DNA of 62,545 bases, counting the filler, from Actinomycetota bacterium (lineage in GTDB: Bacteria; Actinomycetota; CADDZG01; JAHWKV01; JAOPZY01), in the NCBI GenBank assembly GCA_025963875.1. It is 7 parts of 7 records of this genome, joined end to end, with 100 filler letters (N's around TTAATTAATTAA, not from the genome) between each part and the next. Parts side by side here need not be neighbours in the genome. Positions count along the whole stretch, not along the records: positions 5,963 to 22,779 come from JAOPZY010000161.1; 6 more parts are not named here. One strand, written 5' to 3'. The notes beneath the pieces are model-generated. The model had not been told where the DNA came from. It worked only from the letters and a program-made list of their open reading frames with translations, and searched no databases. Position 1 is the stretch's first letter; each line of letters opens with the position of its first letter. This document shows, piece by piece, positions 6,470 to 16,601 of the stretch. The translations under genes and the position numbers were made by a program.

Positions 6470-9235
6470 GTGCTGCTCGATCGCACCGCCGAGTGTGCAA
6501 AGCTCGACGGTCTTCTTACATCTGCCCGGGCCGGAAAGAGTGAGGCTTTCGTGCTCCGCGGCGAAGCGGGCATTGGAAAGACCGCTCTGCTGGACTACGT
6601 CGCCGGTCACGCCACCGGCTGCCGAATCGTTCGCGCCTCCGGGGTGGAGTCGGAGATGGAGCTTCCGTTCGCGGGCCTTCATCAGCTGTGTGCCACGCTG
6701 ATCGGCGACCTGGGCCGGTTGCCGCCACCCCAGCATGAGGCGCTGGGCACCGCCTTCGGTTTCAGCCTGGGTTCGCCACCTGATCGGTTTCTGATCGGAC
6801 TCGCCGTGCTGACTCTCTTGTCTGACGCCGCCGAGGGCCAACCGCTTGTCTGTCTCGTCGACGACACCCACTGGCTCGATCGGTCGTCGGCGCAGGTTCT
6901 GGCGTTCGTCGCCCGCCGCCTTGACGCCGAGTCGGTCGTCCTCGTTCTGGCTCAACGTGAGACGGCCGAGCCCGATGAGTTCGCCCGACTGCCTGGTCTT
7001 CGGCTCCGGGGCCTGTCAAGCGCCTATGCCCGCGAACTCCTCGCGACGGTGATCCGGGGACCGCTGGACGAACGCGTCCGCCAACGGATCGTTGCCGAGG
7101 CCAGGGGCAATCCACTCGCTCTGGTCGAACTTCCGAATGGATTGTCCCCGGCAAGGCTGGCAGGAGGGTTCGGGCTCCCCCACAACCTGCCGCTGCAAGG
7201 CCGGATCGAAGAGAGCTTCCGCCGGCAAGTGGAACGGCTACCCACGGAAACGCGGCGGCTCCTGCTCGTTGCGGCAGCCGAATCACGGGGCGAGCCCACG
7301 CTTCTCTGGCGTGCGGCCAGCGAGCTCGGGATCCCGTCGAGCTCGGTGGGTGCCGCGCAGGCGGCTGGCCTCCTCGAATTGGGGGCGAGAGTCGCCTTTC
7401 GTCATCCCCTGCTCCGTTCGGCGATCTACCAGGCTGCGTCGGCTGAGGATCGCCAGAGCACTCATCGAGCCCTTGCCGCGGCCACCGATGCCGAGATCGA
7501 TCCCGATCGGCGAGCCTGGCACCGCGCCCACGCCACCCTCGAACCCGACGAAGACGTCGCCGGCGAGCTCGAGCGCTCGGCCGGGCGTGCGCGGGCACGC
7601 GGCGGACTGGCGGCGGCGGCGGCATTCCTCGAGCGGGCGGCGGCGCTCACACCTGACCCCCACCTGCGAGCTCGGCGTGCGTTGGGGGCCGCGAGTGCCG
7701 CTCAGCTGGCCGGGTCGCCCGAGGCGGCATTGACGCTCCTCGCGATTGCCGGGGCCGGGCCCCTCGACGAATTCGACCGTGCCCTCTCGAAGCGCCTCTA
7801 CGGACAGATCGCGCTGGACATGCGACACGGTTCGGACGCTGCCCCGTTGCTGCTCGACGCGGCCAGACAGCTGACGTCCTTCGATGCCGCGCTCGGCCGC
7901 GAGACGCTCACCGAGGCGCTTCGGGCCGCAAGCATCGCCGGCCGCCTCGGCGGTGGCATGCTCGCCGCCGCCGAGGCAGCTCGTACCGCGCCCCCTCCGC
8001 CCGGGCCACCTGGCGCCATCGACTTGCTGCTCGACGGCCTCGCCGTCCGCTTCACGGAAGGCTACGCGGCAAGTGCGCCGGCTCTCAAACGGGCACTCGG
8101 TGCCGTCCTGGACGAGGAGAGTCGCGCCAAGCAGGATGTGCGCTGGCCGTGGTTCGCGCGTCGCGTCGCACCAGACCTGTTCCAGGACGAGATCTGGCTT
8201 GCACTCGCGACGCGCAACGTCCAGATCGCCAGGGAAGCCGGCGCTCTCTCGGTGCTGCCGCTCGCCCTCAACTACCTGGCGCTGATCCGCTCCTTCGAGG
8301 GCGCCCTGGACGCCGCCGACGCCCTGATTGACGAGGCCGACGCCATCGCGGACGCGACCGGCACCGCACCAATCTCGGTGGCTGCCCCCTTACTTGCCGG
8401 CTGCCGTGGTGACGAGGCCCAGGCAACGGCGATCATTGCCGCCAGCGAGGCAGAAGCGATCGCCCGGGGCGAGGGTGTGGTGCTCACCTTCGCAGAGCAC
8501 GCCCGTGCCATCCTCTATAACGGCCTCGGCCGCTACGAAGAGGCGCTCTTGCCCGCGCAGAGCGCGAGTGCTCGGGACGAGCTGATGGCGTCGGTCTGGT
8601 CGCTGCCGGAACTTGTGGAGGCGGCGACACGCTGTGGCCGGCCCGCGGACGCCGCAGCGGCGTTCGAACGCCTACGCGAGCGGACCCGCGCGGCGGGGAC
8701 GGACCTGGCACTTGGCATCGAGGCGCGCTCGCGCGCCCTCCTGGTGGACGGCGAGGAGGCCGAAGCGGCGTTCCGGGAGGCGGTCGACCGGCTCGGCCGC
8801 TGTCGTGCGAGGCTGGAGCTGGCACGTGCGCACCTGCTGCTCGGTGAGTGGCTTCGGCGTGCGAACCGGAGGGCCGACGCCCGCGAGCCGCTCCGAACCG
8901 CGCACGAGATGTTCACCTCGATGGGTGCCGAGGCGTTTGCCTCCCGGGCGGCCCGCGAGTTGTCAGCCACCGGCGAGAAAGCCCGCCCACGCAGTGCTTC
9001 CAGAAGGGAGAGGCTCACGCCGCAGGAAGGGCAGATCGCGCAGCTTGCCCGCGATGGTCACACAAACCCCGAGATCGGCGCGCACCTGTTCATCAGCCCG
9101 CGCACCGTCCAGTACCACCTCGGCAAGGTCTTCAGCAAGCTCAACATCAACTCGCGCAGCCAGCTCGAATGGGCATTACCCGGGAAGCCCTCAGAGCCGC
9201 TACCGGTCGCACCGAATTCGCACGACTTTCTATAA
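6470..9235 (+). CDS. Large ATP-binding LuxR-family (LAL) regulator
   Basis: Walker A GEAGIGKT, Walker B VCLVDDTHWLD, C-terminal LuxR HTH LTPQE..GHTNPEIGAHLFISPRTVQYHL. Confidence 0.93.
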   Translation: MLLDRTAECAKLDGLLTSARAGKSEAFVLRGEAGIGKTALLDYVAGHATGCRIVRASGVESEMELPFAGLHQLCATLIGDLGRLPPPQHEALGTAFGFSLGSPPDRFLIGLAVLTLLSDAAEGQPLVCLVDDTHWLDRSSAQVLAFVARRLDAESVVLVLAQRETAEPDEFARLPGLRLRGLSSAYARELLATVIRGPLDERVRQRIVAEARGNPLALVELPNGLSPARLAGGFGLPHNLPLQGRIEESFRRQVERLPTETRRLLLVAAAESRGEPTLLWRAASELGIPSSSVGAAQAAGLLELGARVAFRHPLLRSAIYQAASAEDRQSTHRALAAATDAEIDPDRRAWHRAHATLEPDEDVAGELERSAGRARARGGLAAAAAFLERAAALTPDPHLRARRALGAASAAQLAGSPEAALTLLAIAGAGPLDEFDRALSKRLYGQIALDMRHGSDAAPLLLDAARQLTSFDAALGRETLTEALRAASIAGRLGGGMLAAAEAARTAPPPPGPPGAIDLLLDGLAVRFTEGYAASAPALKRALGAVLDEESRAKQDVRWPWFARRVAPDLFQDEIWLALATRNVQIAREAGALSVLPLALNYLALIRSFEGALDAADALIDEADAIADATGTAPISVAAPLLAGCRGDEAQATAIIAASEAEAIARGEGVVLTFAEHARAILYNGLGRYEEALLPAQSASARDELMASVWSLPELVEAATRCGRPADAAAAFERLRERTRAAGTDLALGIEARSRALLVDGEEAEAAFREAVDRLGRCRARLELARAHLLLGEWLRRANRRADAREPLRTAHEMFTSMGAEAFASRAARELSATGEKARPRSASRRERLTPQEGQIAQLARDGHTNPEIGAHLFISPRTVQYHLGKVFSKLNINSRSQLEWALPGKPSEPLPVAPNSHDFL

Positions 9236-9394
9236 GTCTCGCAATTCGCACGCTTCACACAGCAACTGTCCGCCTCAGGCGTGGCCAGGACTGGCCATCT
9301 GCACTGGCGACTGTACTGGCGCCTGGCAGATGCGGAGTGCAGTCGGGCTCGGCGAGACTCGACGCATGCGAAACGAACCCCCGCCCTCGATGGG

Positions 9395-11536
9395 ATGCCG
9401 AGCCACATGATTGACTCCCGCGCCCTTGCAGGAGCGGTCCGGGAACCCCCGGCGTCGCTCGCGGTGCAGCAACTCGGGAATCCGGGTGGATGCATCCAGC
9501 ACCTCGGAACAGCCGCCGGTTGCCTCGCAGGGGCAGGACTGAAGGGGCTGTCCCCGGAAGCGGGGGTCCTGCTTGCGCTGGGCGCGGTTCTGGGTGACAC
9601 CTTCGCGATGGACGACCTGGCCCGGCTTCTCGGCAAACCCTCCGGATACCTTCTTGGAGCAGTAGGGGAATTGCTCCAGGCGGGAGCCGTGGTCCCCTCC
9701 GGCACAGAGCTGGCGTTCTGCAGGCCAGAACTTCGTAGCGCCCTCTCCAACGGGCTTCCCAAACCAGTGACCACCGCACTCCACGGCGAGATCGGCCGGA
9801 TGCTGCACGAGCGAGGGGGGTGCCCAACGAGAGCCGCAGAGCACCTCCTCAAGGCAACGTCCCGGGGCGACCGGCCAGCGCTGGCGCGGCTCGATCGGGT
9901 CGCCCTCGAGCTGCTGCCGGAACATCCGAAGGCCGCGGCTGACGTGGCAATGCGCGCCCTCGAGCTCACAGATCCATTGGACGCCGACAGATGGCCCCGC
10001 CGTATCGCCGCCTACGATGCCCTGACAGCGGCGGGGCGCCGGGACGAGGCGACGAATCTCGCGAGGTCCACGTTCAAGATCGGGACGATGCCGCCCAACG
10101 TGCTCGCGGAGCTGCGGATCCGCCTGGCGTCGGGCCTGCTCGCTGGCGGTCTGCCGGTCGAGGCCACGCAGGAGCTGGAGAGCCTTGTCGATGAGGGGCT
10201 CGAGGGCACTCTTTCGGCCCGCGCGGAGGCGCTGCTGCTCCAGACCCTCCTTGCCCAGGGCCTGTTCGAGCCGGCTCGGGAACGGACACTGGCCGTGCTG
10301 GCAGGAAGAACCAGAGCCACGGGCGACGCTGCCTTGAGCGGGGCCCTTGCGGCCCTTTCGGTTCTGCGGTGGAGGGAGGGCGGGGCGGAGGCCGCCGTGG
10401 ACATGATGCGGGCAGCGGCGGCCCGAGGCTGGGTGAACGAAGTACCCTCCCCGCCGTTCTCCCACTTCCAGCTCGCAGCCATGTTGGTCTCGCTTGGCGA
10501 GTTCGATGAGGCCGAGGAGAGGCTCGGGCAGTCGGAACTGGCAGTCAACGAGGTTGGCCCAGGCGCAATGGTCGGAGTCTCGCGTGCCCTCCGGGCTCGA
10601 CTGTACTGGGCGGCTGGTCATCTGGACGAAGCCGCGGCAGAGGCCCACGCGGCGCTCGTTGCGGTGCGGGAATTCGGAAGCGCCTGGCTCGAGCCGGTAG
10701 CGAGGTCGGTCCTCGCCAGCGTGGCGCTGGCCCGGAACGATATTCAAACGGCTGCCAAGGAGGTCGCTGCGGGCTGCCGGGACCGGGCATGTCCTGGACC
10801 GCTCCTCGCGGCCTGCGGCTGCGACTACTTGGAGGCACGGGTCAGGGAGGCCGAGGGCAGGCCGTGCGAGCCGGTGCCGCCGTGTAAACCCCTTTTCCTG
10901 CAAGATCCCACGGCGGCCCCCTTCATCGTCCGAATAGCCATGGACTCAGACCGCCGGCGGGATGCGGAGCAAGGCGTTCGGTGCGCCGAAGCTTTGGCCG
11001 GCGCAAACCCCGGTTGCCCGTCGCTCGTTGCCGCCTCCCTGCATGCTCGGGGCCTGCTCGAGCGAGGACCCGACCTCCTGGCACGAGCTGCTGACCTGCA
11101 CCGATGGCCGATGGCCCGAGCTCGGGCCGCAGAAGATGCCGGTGCGATGATGCGGGCAGCCAATCCCGAGCAGGCGCGGGCCTGGATGATGCGGGCGCTG
11201 GCCGGCTACGAAGACATGGGCGCCCACCACGATGCTGCCCGCGTACAGACTCAGTTGCGCGCGCTGGGGGTCCGGCGGCGTCTCGGGAGACAGCGTCAAC
11301 GACCAGTATCGGGTTGGGGCAGCCTCACCAGGACCGAACGGAGCGTGGCGGGGTTGGTGGCGTTAGGACTCACCAATCGTCAGGTCGGCGAGCGGATGTT
11401 CCTTTCCCGCCACACCATCGACTTCCACCTCCGTCAGATCTTCCGAAAGCTCCAGGTCGAGTCCCGGGTGGAATTGACTCGTATGACCATCGAGCAGCAG
11501 CCGACACAGGATGAGGCATCGAGCCGCTCGGCTTAA
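9395..11536 (+). CDS. LuxR-family regulator, LAL-like but lacking the N-terminal ATPase (start uncertain)
   Basis: Helical repeat body plus C-terminal HTH GWGSLTRTE..GLTNRQVGERMFLSRHTIDFHL. No Walker A or B. Confidence 0.8.
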   Translation: MPSHMIDSRALAGAVREPPASLAVQQLGNPGGCIQHLGTAAGCLAGAGLKGLSPEAGVLLALGAVLGDTFAMDDLARLLGKPSGYLLGAVGELLQAGAVVPSGTELAFCRPELRSALSNGLPKPVTTALHGEIGRMLHERGGCPTRAAEHLLKATSRGDRPALARLDRVALELLPEHPKAAADVAMRALELTDPLDADRWPRRIAAYDALTAAGRRDEATNLARSTFKIGTMPPNVLAELRIRLASGLLAGGLPVEATQELESLVDEGLEGTLSARAEALLLQTLLAQGLFEPARERTLAVLAGRTRATGDAALSGALAALSVLRWREGGAEAAVDMMRAAAARGWVNEVPSPPFSHFQLAAMLVSLGEFDEAEERLGQSELAVNEVGPGAMVGVSRALRARLYWAAGHLDEAAAEAHAALVAVREFGSAWLEPVARSVLASVALARNDIQTAAKEVAAGCRDRACPGPLLAACGCDYLEARVREAEGRPCEPVPPCKPLFLQDPTAAPFIVRIAMDSDRRRDAEQGVRCAEALAGANPGCPSLVAASLHARGLLERGPDLLARAADLHRWPMARARAAEDAGAMMRAANPEQARAWMMRALAGYEDMGAHHDAARVQTQLRALGVRRRLGRQRQRPVSGWGSLTRTERSVAGLVALGLTNRQVGERMFLSRHTIDFHLRQIFRKLQVESRVELTRMTIEQQPTQDEASSRSA

Positions 11537-11599
11537 TCCAGCAGCCGCTGACCGACCCGGCCACCCGTCGCTGCGCTGCCACGTACCGGTGGGGTCGTA

Positions 11600-12053
11600 C
11601 CCACGTCTGCAAGCCGGCGGGCCGCCAGGCCGGCCCCTACGGACTGACCGTCGGATTCTCCGTCTGGCCGATCCGCGCCATGCGGTCGCTGGACTTCACC
11701 TTCTTGCCCGACGGTGGCATCGTGGGTAAGGTCCGGGAAGCTGCTCCTGAACGGGCCCGGCATCAAACCCGACGAGCGCGTCACGCCCCTCGTGCGCCAA
11801 CCCGCAAGTTGGACTCGTGGGGCTTGGACGTGAAGGCCCTCAACGCCCCCGGCGCGTGCAGCTTCGGGTTCGCCATCGATGGCCCGTTCGGACATGGGGA
11901 CGGCACCCTGCAAGGGGTCACGGTGCTCAATCAGCCCGGTCCGCCACTGGGTCGAGCTGGACCGTCGGCTCGCTGCCGTTCCTCGGTCTGGTCGTCGTCC
12001 TCGTGGTCGCCTTGCGGCGTATCCGGCCCGGCCGCCAGCCCCTCGCGATCTAG
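11600..12053 (+). pseudogene. Multiply frameshifted remnant of an exported protein with a C-terminal membrane anchor
   Basis: Protein-like fragments in shifting frames: AGPYGLTVGFSVWPIRAMRSLDFTFLPDGGI / RKLDSWGLDVKAL...IDGP..VLNQPGPPLG / SWTVGSLPFLGLVVVLVVALRR. Confidence 0.5.
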
Positions 12054-12075
12054 ATCAACACAACAGCGCCGGTGA

Positions 12076-12642
12076 TCATCTGCCGGCGGTCACCGCTTTC
12101 AGCTCGTCCATCGACTCCCGGATGAGCTGCGGCAAGTCTTCCTGGTTGCTCTCGTTGACCCAGCGTTCGAACGCGACCTTGAAGACGGCGATTCCCGCCT
12201 CGGCGGTTAGCGTCGCGGCCGGGCCTGTGGCACCGCGCCGGCGCAACGCGTCGGCGAGCGCCGAGGCGAGTGATGCGAGCTTGATCAGCTCGCGCTCTCG
12301 CAGCTCAGTGCTCGCAGCGATGACGGCCTGGCGATGCCGGGCGAATTCGCGGCGCTCCTGGAGCAGGGCGCCCGCGGCTTCGAGGGCAGCGGCGACCGCG
12401 TCGATCGGCGCGGCGGAATCGGGGGCGCTGACTGCGGCGCTCACGAGGACCTCCTGCAGTGTGCCGGCGCCCGAGAACAGAACCTCGCGCTTGTCAGCGA
12501 AGTACCGGAAGAACGTTCGCTCCGTCAGTCCTGCGCGCGCGGCGATCTCCGCAACGGTGGTGTTCTCGAACCCGCGCTCGCCGTAGAGAGCGAGGGCTGC
12601 CTGCTCGAGCCTGCCGCGGCTGTCCGGTTCCCAACGTGCCAT
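12076..12642 (-). CDS. TetR/AcrR family regulator
   Basis: MARWEPDSRGRLEQAALALYGERGFENTTVAEIAARAGLTERTFFRYFADKREVL. Confidence 0.95.
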   Translation of the reverse strand: MARWEPDSRGRLEQAALALYGERGFENTTVAEIAARAGLTERTFFRYFADKREVLFSGAGTLQEVLVSAAVSAPDSAAPIDAVAAALEAAGALLQERREFARHRQAVIAASTELRERELIKLASLASALADALRRRGATGPAATLTAEAGIAVFKVAFERWVNESNQEDLPQLIRESMDELKAVTAGR

Positions 12643-12660
12643 ACCCCGATCGTACCCGAT

Positions 12661-12710
12661 GATGACAGCGGCTGACATCCCTGGTAAGAGTGATGACAGC
12701 AACTGACATC
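12661..12710. promoter_or_regulatory. Tandem TetR operator candidates
   Basis: GATGACAG-CGG-CTGACATC (12661-12679) and GATGACAG-CAA-CTGACATC (12692-12710), near-palindromic, lying between tetR and its divergent target. Confidence 0.8.
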
Positions 12711-12733
12711 AGCCGACTGACTGGAGGTATCTC

Positions 12734-12886
12734 ATGCGTGTTTTCGTCACCGGCGTTTCCGGCTGGATCGGCTCCGCCGTCGTCCCTGAGCTCATCGGCG
12801 AGGGCCATGAAGTCATCGGGCTGGCTCGCTCGGATGCCTCGGCCGCTGCCCTAGCCACGAGGGTAGTGAGGAATCTTCCCGGATGA
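12734..12886 (+). pseudogene. Truncated NAD-dependent epimerase/extended SDR
   Basis: RBS GGAGG, then [40 protein letters not shown] (Rossmann start). It stops after 50 aa. Confidence 0.85.
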
Positions 12887-12970
12887 ACTCGATGGCGGGC
12901 ATCACGACGGTGGCCAACTGGCTCCGTTTCCACCAGCAGGCTTCGATGGAGCAATGACGGCGGGCACGAG

Positions 12971-15412
12971 TTAGTCGAGCTCCTCCATCTCGTCGATCGG
13001 GATCTTGGCCAGGAGCGACGTCCCGCGTCCGGGGCTGCTCTGGATCTCGAACGTCCCTCCGAGCGCCTCGACGCGGTCTCTGAGGCCGATGAGGCCGGAC
13101 CCTCGGTCGGGACGTGCGCCTCCGACGCCATCGTCGCGGATCGCAAGCTCGACGATCGAATCCTCCGCTTTGAGCTCCACGTGCACCACGGAGGCCCGCG
13201 CGTGCCTGGCCGCGTTCGTGAGCGCTTCCGAAACGACGTAGTAGGCGGCAACGCCGACTGCCTCCGGCAGTCTCCGTCCGGCACGGATGTCGAGCTGGAC
13301 CGGCACGGGAGCGCGGCGGGCGAGGGTCTTGAGTGCGGGCCCGAGGCCGCCCTGGGAAAGAATCGCAGGATGAATTCCCCGAGCGATCTCCCGCAGGTCC
13401 TCCAGCGCTTCCGCCAGACCGCTTGCGGTCTCGGACAAGTCCGCCGTCAGCTCGTCCAATTCGGGAGGGACCGTGGCCTGCGCCGCACTCAGGGCAAGCG
13501 CGAGCGAGACCAGCCGTTGTTGCGTTCCGTCGTGCAGGTCACGCTCGATGCGGCGGCGGCTCTCGTCGGCGGCGGCCACGACACGGGCGCGCGATGCGGT
13601 GAGCTCGGCGCGGCTGTCGGCATTCGCGATCGCGGTGGCGACGAGCTCCGTGAACTGGGCGAGGCGCGCCTCGGTGTCGGGGGGCAGCGGCCGGTCCTTG
13701 GTCGAGTACGCGACCATCACTCCCCACAGGCGGCCCTCCACGACGATCGGCGCCCCCACCGATGCGCGGGCGCCCGCCTCGCGTACCGCGGCGGCAATCT
13801 CGCCGGAGCTTCTGGCATAGCTATCCATCCGCGCCGGACGGCCGGTCTCCGCGACCAATGTCGTCACGTTCCTTCCTCCGATGCTCAATCGAGCAGGATA
13901 GGCAATCTCGGTGCCCCTTCCGCTCCAGTGAGCGACGCTGCTGACCGTGCCGTCGGACTCGTAGCGGCTCATGATGGTGACATCGGCAGGAAGCAACTTC
14001 CAGATCTCCTCGGTGACGGCAGCGAACACCTCGGCAGGCGGTGCCCCTTGCGCCACGAGCGTCGCCACGCGACGCAACGCGGCCTGCTCGTGGGCGAGCA
14101 GACGCAGCTCGTCCCGGCTCGCCTCGACCATGCGCTGCGCCTCCCGCAGCTGGTCCTCGGCGCGCCGGCGGTCGGTCATGTCCCGGCCAACCGCGTAGAC
14201 GAGACCCTCCCCGGGCACGGGCCGGGTGCTCCACTCGAGCCAGCGCTCGGAGCCGTCGCTGCAGATGTAGCGGTTCTCGAACTGAACGACCTCTTCGCCA
14301 CGGGCGAGCGCTTCGACCGCCACGCGCGTCCGCTCCCGGTCCTCCGGATGGACGAAGTCGAGAAGCGGCCGGGACAGCAGCTCCTGACTCGAATACCCGA
14401 GCGTCCGCTCGAAGGCGGGGTTCACCCGTTTGAAGTAACCGTCGAGGCCGGCGGTGCCCAGCAGATCGAGCGAGACATCGAAGATCCGCTCCACCTGGCG
14501 CTCCGCCCGCTGGCGTCGCACGATCCCGCGCCCCACCAGCAACACGAGGAGCGCCGCCGCGATGGGCCAGGCGAGCGCGAGCCAGGGAAACAGCGACTGA
14601 AGGGCTGAAGCCGGCTCTCTCCCCACGTCGATGCGCCAGTGCTGTGCGAGCGCATCGAAGCTTGCGCCGGCGCCGGGCGCAGAGCCGAGCGCACCCTCGA
14701 GCCGTTGGCCGCTGAGGCTGATGGCCAGGAGCCGCGGGTCGTCCTGCAGCAACGACGTCAGCCAGCCCCCCGGGACAAACACCGAGAGAAAGCCGCGGCT
14801 GTTCCCACCGCTGCCAAACGAGCCGGCCTCCAGCAGATAGAACCCGGGCTGGGACCCGAGGGAGCCGGGGCCGCTCGCGGCGACGGCGAAGACCGAGGCG
14901 GGGTTCCGGATGGCGGCGGCGAGAGCCGGCCAGTCGGACACATCCACGCCCGGCTGCAGCTCCGGGCGGGTCCCACTCGAGAAGGTGACCGCCAGGTACG
15001 ACGTCGCGGGTGGGGCCGGCTCGAAGCCCCCCGATGGCGTCAGCCGCGTGATGGGCGCCCCGAGGCGACTCTCATACGACCTGCGTTCGGAGTCGGCCAC
15101 GCTCTGCACCCACATCACATCGACGAGGCCGACACTCCCTGCCGTGCTGCCGGCCAACTGGGCGAAGCGCCGCTGGTCCGGGACCTGCTCGCCCGCCAGG
15201 ACGTTTCCGAGGCCCACGACGTATGCCCTTGCGCGCCCGAGGACTCCCTGAGTCCGGACGCTCTCGACCTGGGCACGCCGCTCAGCGGCGGCGATGCGAT
15301 CCCTCCCGATCGTCTCGCTCGTCACGAGATAGCCGAAGACGCCCAGTAACGCTACGAGCGCGGGGACCGCAATCCGGAACGAGCCAGCGGAGTGAAGCCA
15401 CGAGTGCCGCAA
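12971..15412 (-). CDS. Membrane sensor histidine kinase (CHASE-like extracellular, PAS, GAF, HisKA_3, HATPase)
   Basis: Two TM segments, PAS (VNPAFERTLGYS..FVHPEDR), GAF (SVGAPIVVEGRLWGVM), H-box RRIERDLHDG, EALTNAARH, DDGVGG, GSGLIGLRDRV. Confidence 0.9.
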   Translation of the reverse strand: MRHSWLHSAGSFRIAVPALVALLGVFGYLVTSETIGRDRIAAAERRAQVESVRTQGVLGRARAYVVGLGNVLAGEQVPDQRRFAQLAGSTAGSVGLVDVMWVQSVADSERRSYESRLGAPITRLTPSGGFEPAPPATSYLAVTFSSGTRPELQPGVDVSDWPALAAAIRNPASVFAVAASGPGSLGSQPGFYLLEAGSFGSGGNSRGFLSVFVPGGWLTSLLQDDPRLLAISLSGQRLEGALGSAPGAGASFDALAQHWRIDVGREPASALQSLFPWLALAWPIAAALLVLLVGRGIVRRQRAERQVERIFDVSLDLLGTAGLDGYFKRVNPAFERTLGYSSQELLSRPLLDFVHPEDRERTRVAVEALARGEEVVQFENRYICSDGSERWLEWSTRPVPGEGLVYAVGRDMTDRRRAEDQLREAQRMVEASRDELRLLAHEQAALRRVATLVAQGAPPAEVFAAVTEEIWKLLPADVTIMSRYESDGTVSSVAHWSGRGTEIAYPARLSIGGRNVTTLVAETGRPARMDSYARSSGEIAAAVREAGARASVGAPIVVEGRLWGVMVAYSTKDRPLPPDTEARLAQFTELVATAIANADSRAELTASRARVVAAADESRRRIERDLHDGTQQRLVSLALALSAAQATVPPELDELTADLSETASGLAEALEDLREIARGIHPAILSQGGLGPALKTLARRAPVPVQLDIRAGRRLPEAVGVAAYYVVSEALTNAARHARASVVHVELKAEDSIVELAIRDDGVGGARPDRGSGLIGLRDRVEALGGTFEIQSSPGRGTSLLAKIPIDEMEELD

Positions 15413-15593
15413 CGGTCGGCCTTCTCCACGGTCGGCGTTTTATCATGGCGCAAAGGACGTCTGCTGACAAGGGGCCGCCGGCGATGCCGGAGATCGACTG
15501 CAGGGCCCTTGGCTCCCGTCGTCGGACGGACCATGATGCACATGTGTGCGCCCGTGCTGGAGTAGCCCGTCGGCCCTGCGCGGGGCGCAATGG

Positions 15594-16601
15594 ATGATTG
15601 GACGAGCCGCGGTGTCAGGCTTGCTCGTCGTGTGTGCCGTGAGCTGCGGCACGTCGGGCGGTGGCTCCGTACCGACCACTCGGAGCGCCACCATCGCCGC
15701 CGTCATCAAGGGGCTCGACAATCCGTTCTTCGCGACGATGAGGGATGGCCTGGTTGCGACCGCCGGGCAGCACAACGCCCGACTGAGTGTCGACGCTGCA
15801 GCGGGTCTTCAGGACACAGACGGGCAGGCCGCCACACTCGAGTCATCGGCGACCCAACAGGAGGACTGCTACATCGTGAATCCCATCAACAGGACAAACT
15901 TGATCCAGCCACTGTCGCATGTCCGGAAGGGCACGCCGATCGTCAACATCGATTCGCCGGTCGACCAGAACGCGGCGAGGGCGGTGGGCGTCAAGATCAC
16001 CACCTATATCGGAACCGATAACGTCGCAGCCGGAAGCCTGGCCGCCGACGCCATGGCCCACCTCGTCCCTCGCGGCGCCAGTGTCGTAATCATCACGGGC
16101 ATCCCGGGCGACGCAACGAGCGAGGCCCGCGCCCGGGGCTTCAGGGAGGGCGCCCGCGGCCGCTTCGATGTCGTGCAGACGATCGCGGCGGACTTCGACG
16201 CCGAGAGAGCGAGGCTCGCCGCCGAGGATCGCCTCCGCGCAAGTCCGCCTGTCCAGGGCTTCTTTGCCGTGAATGACCAGATGGCGCTCGGCATCGACGC
16301 AGCGGTTCGCGCCGCCGGCGAGAGCGGCCTTGTTGCGGTGATTGGCATGGACGGCATCCCCGACGCTCTTGCCGCCGTGAAGAGCGGGGCGATGTCGGCC
16401 ACGGTCGCCCAGTACCCCTACATCATCGGCCAACTCGGACTGGAGGCCTGTCTGGCGGCGATGCGTGGGAAGTCCGTCCCAGCCAACGTCGCCGCCCCCG
16501 TCCAGGTGGTCACGAAGGAGAATGTCGAGCGCGCGCAGGCGAACTTTCCACACCCGGTGGAGCCCTTCAATGACCCGCTGGTCCGGCTGCTCAAGGGCTG
16601 A
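15594..16601 (+). CDS. RbsB-like sugar-binding lipoprotein (orphan, no permease or ATPase nearby)
   Basis: Lipobox-like AVSC. Motifs KGLDNPFF, PIVNIDS, YIGTDN, FAVNDQMALG, IGMDG, ATVAQYP. Confidence 0.88.
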   Translation: MIGRAAVSGLLVVCAVSCGTSGGGSVPTTRSATIAAVIKGLDNPFFATMRDGLVATAGQHNARLSVDAAAGLQDTDGQAATLESSATQQEDCYIVNPINRTNLIQPLSHVRKGTPIVNIDSPVDQNAARAVGVKITTYIGTDNVAAGSLAADAMAHLVPRGASVVIITGIPGDATSEARARGFREGARGRFDVVQTIAADFDAERARLAAEDRLRASPPVQGFFAVNDQMALGIDAAVRAAGESGLVAVIGMDGIPDALAAVKSGAMSATVAQYPYIIGQLGLEACLAAMRGKSVPANVAAPVQVVTKENVERAQANFPHPVEPFNDPLVRLLKG

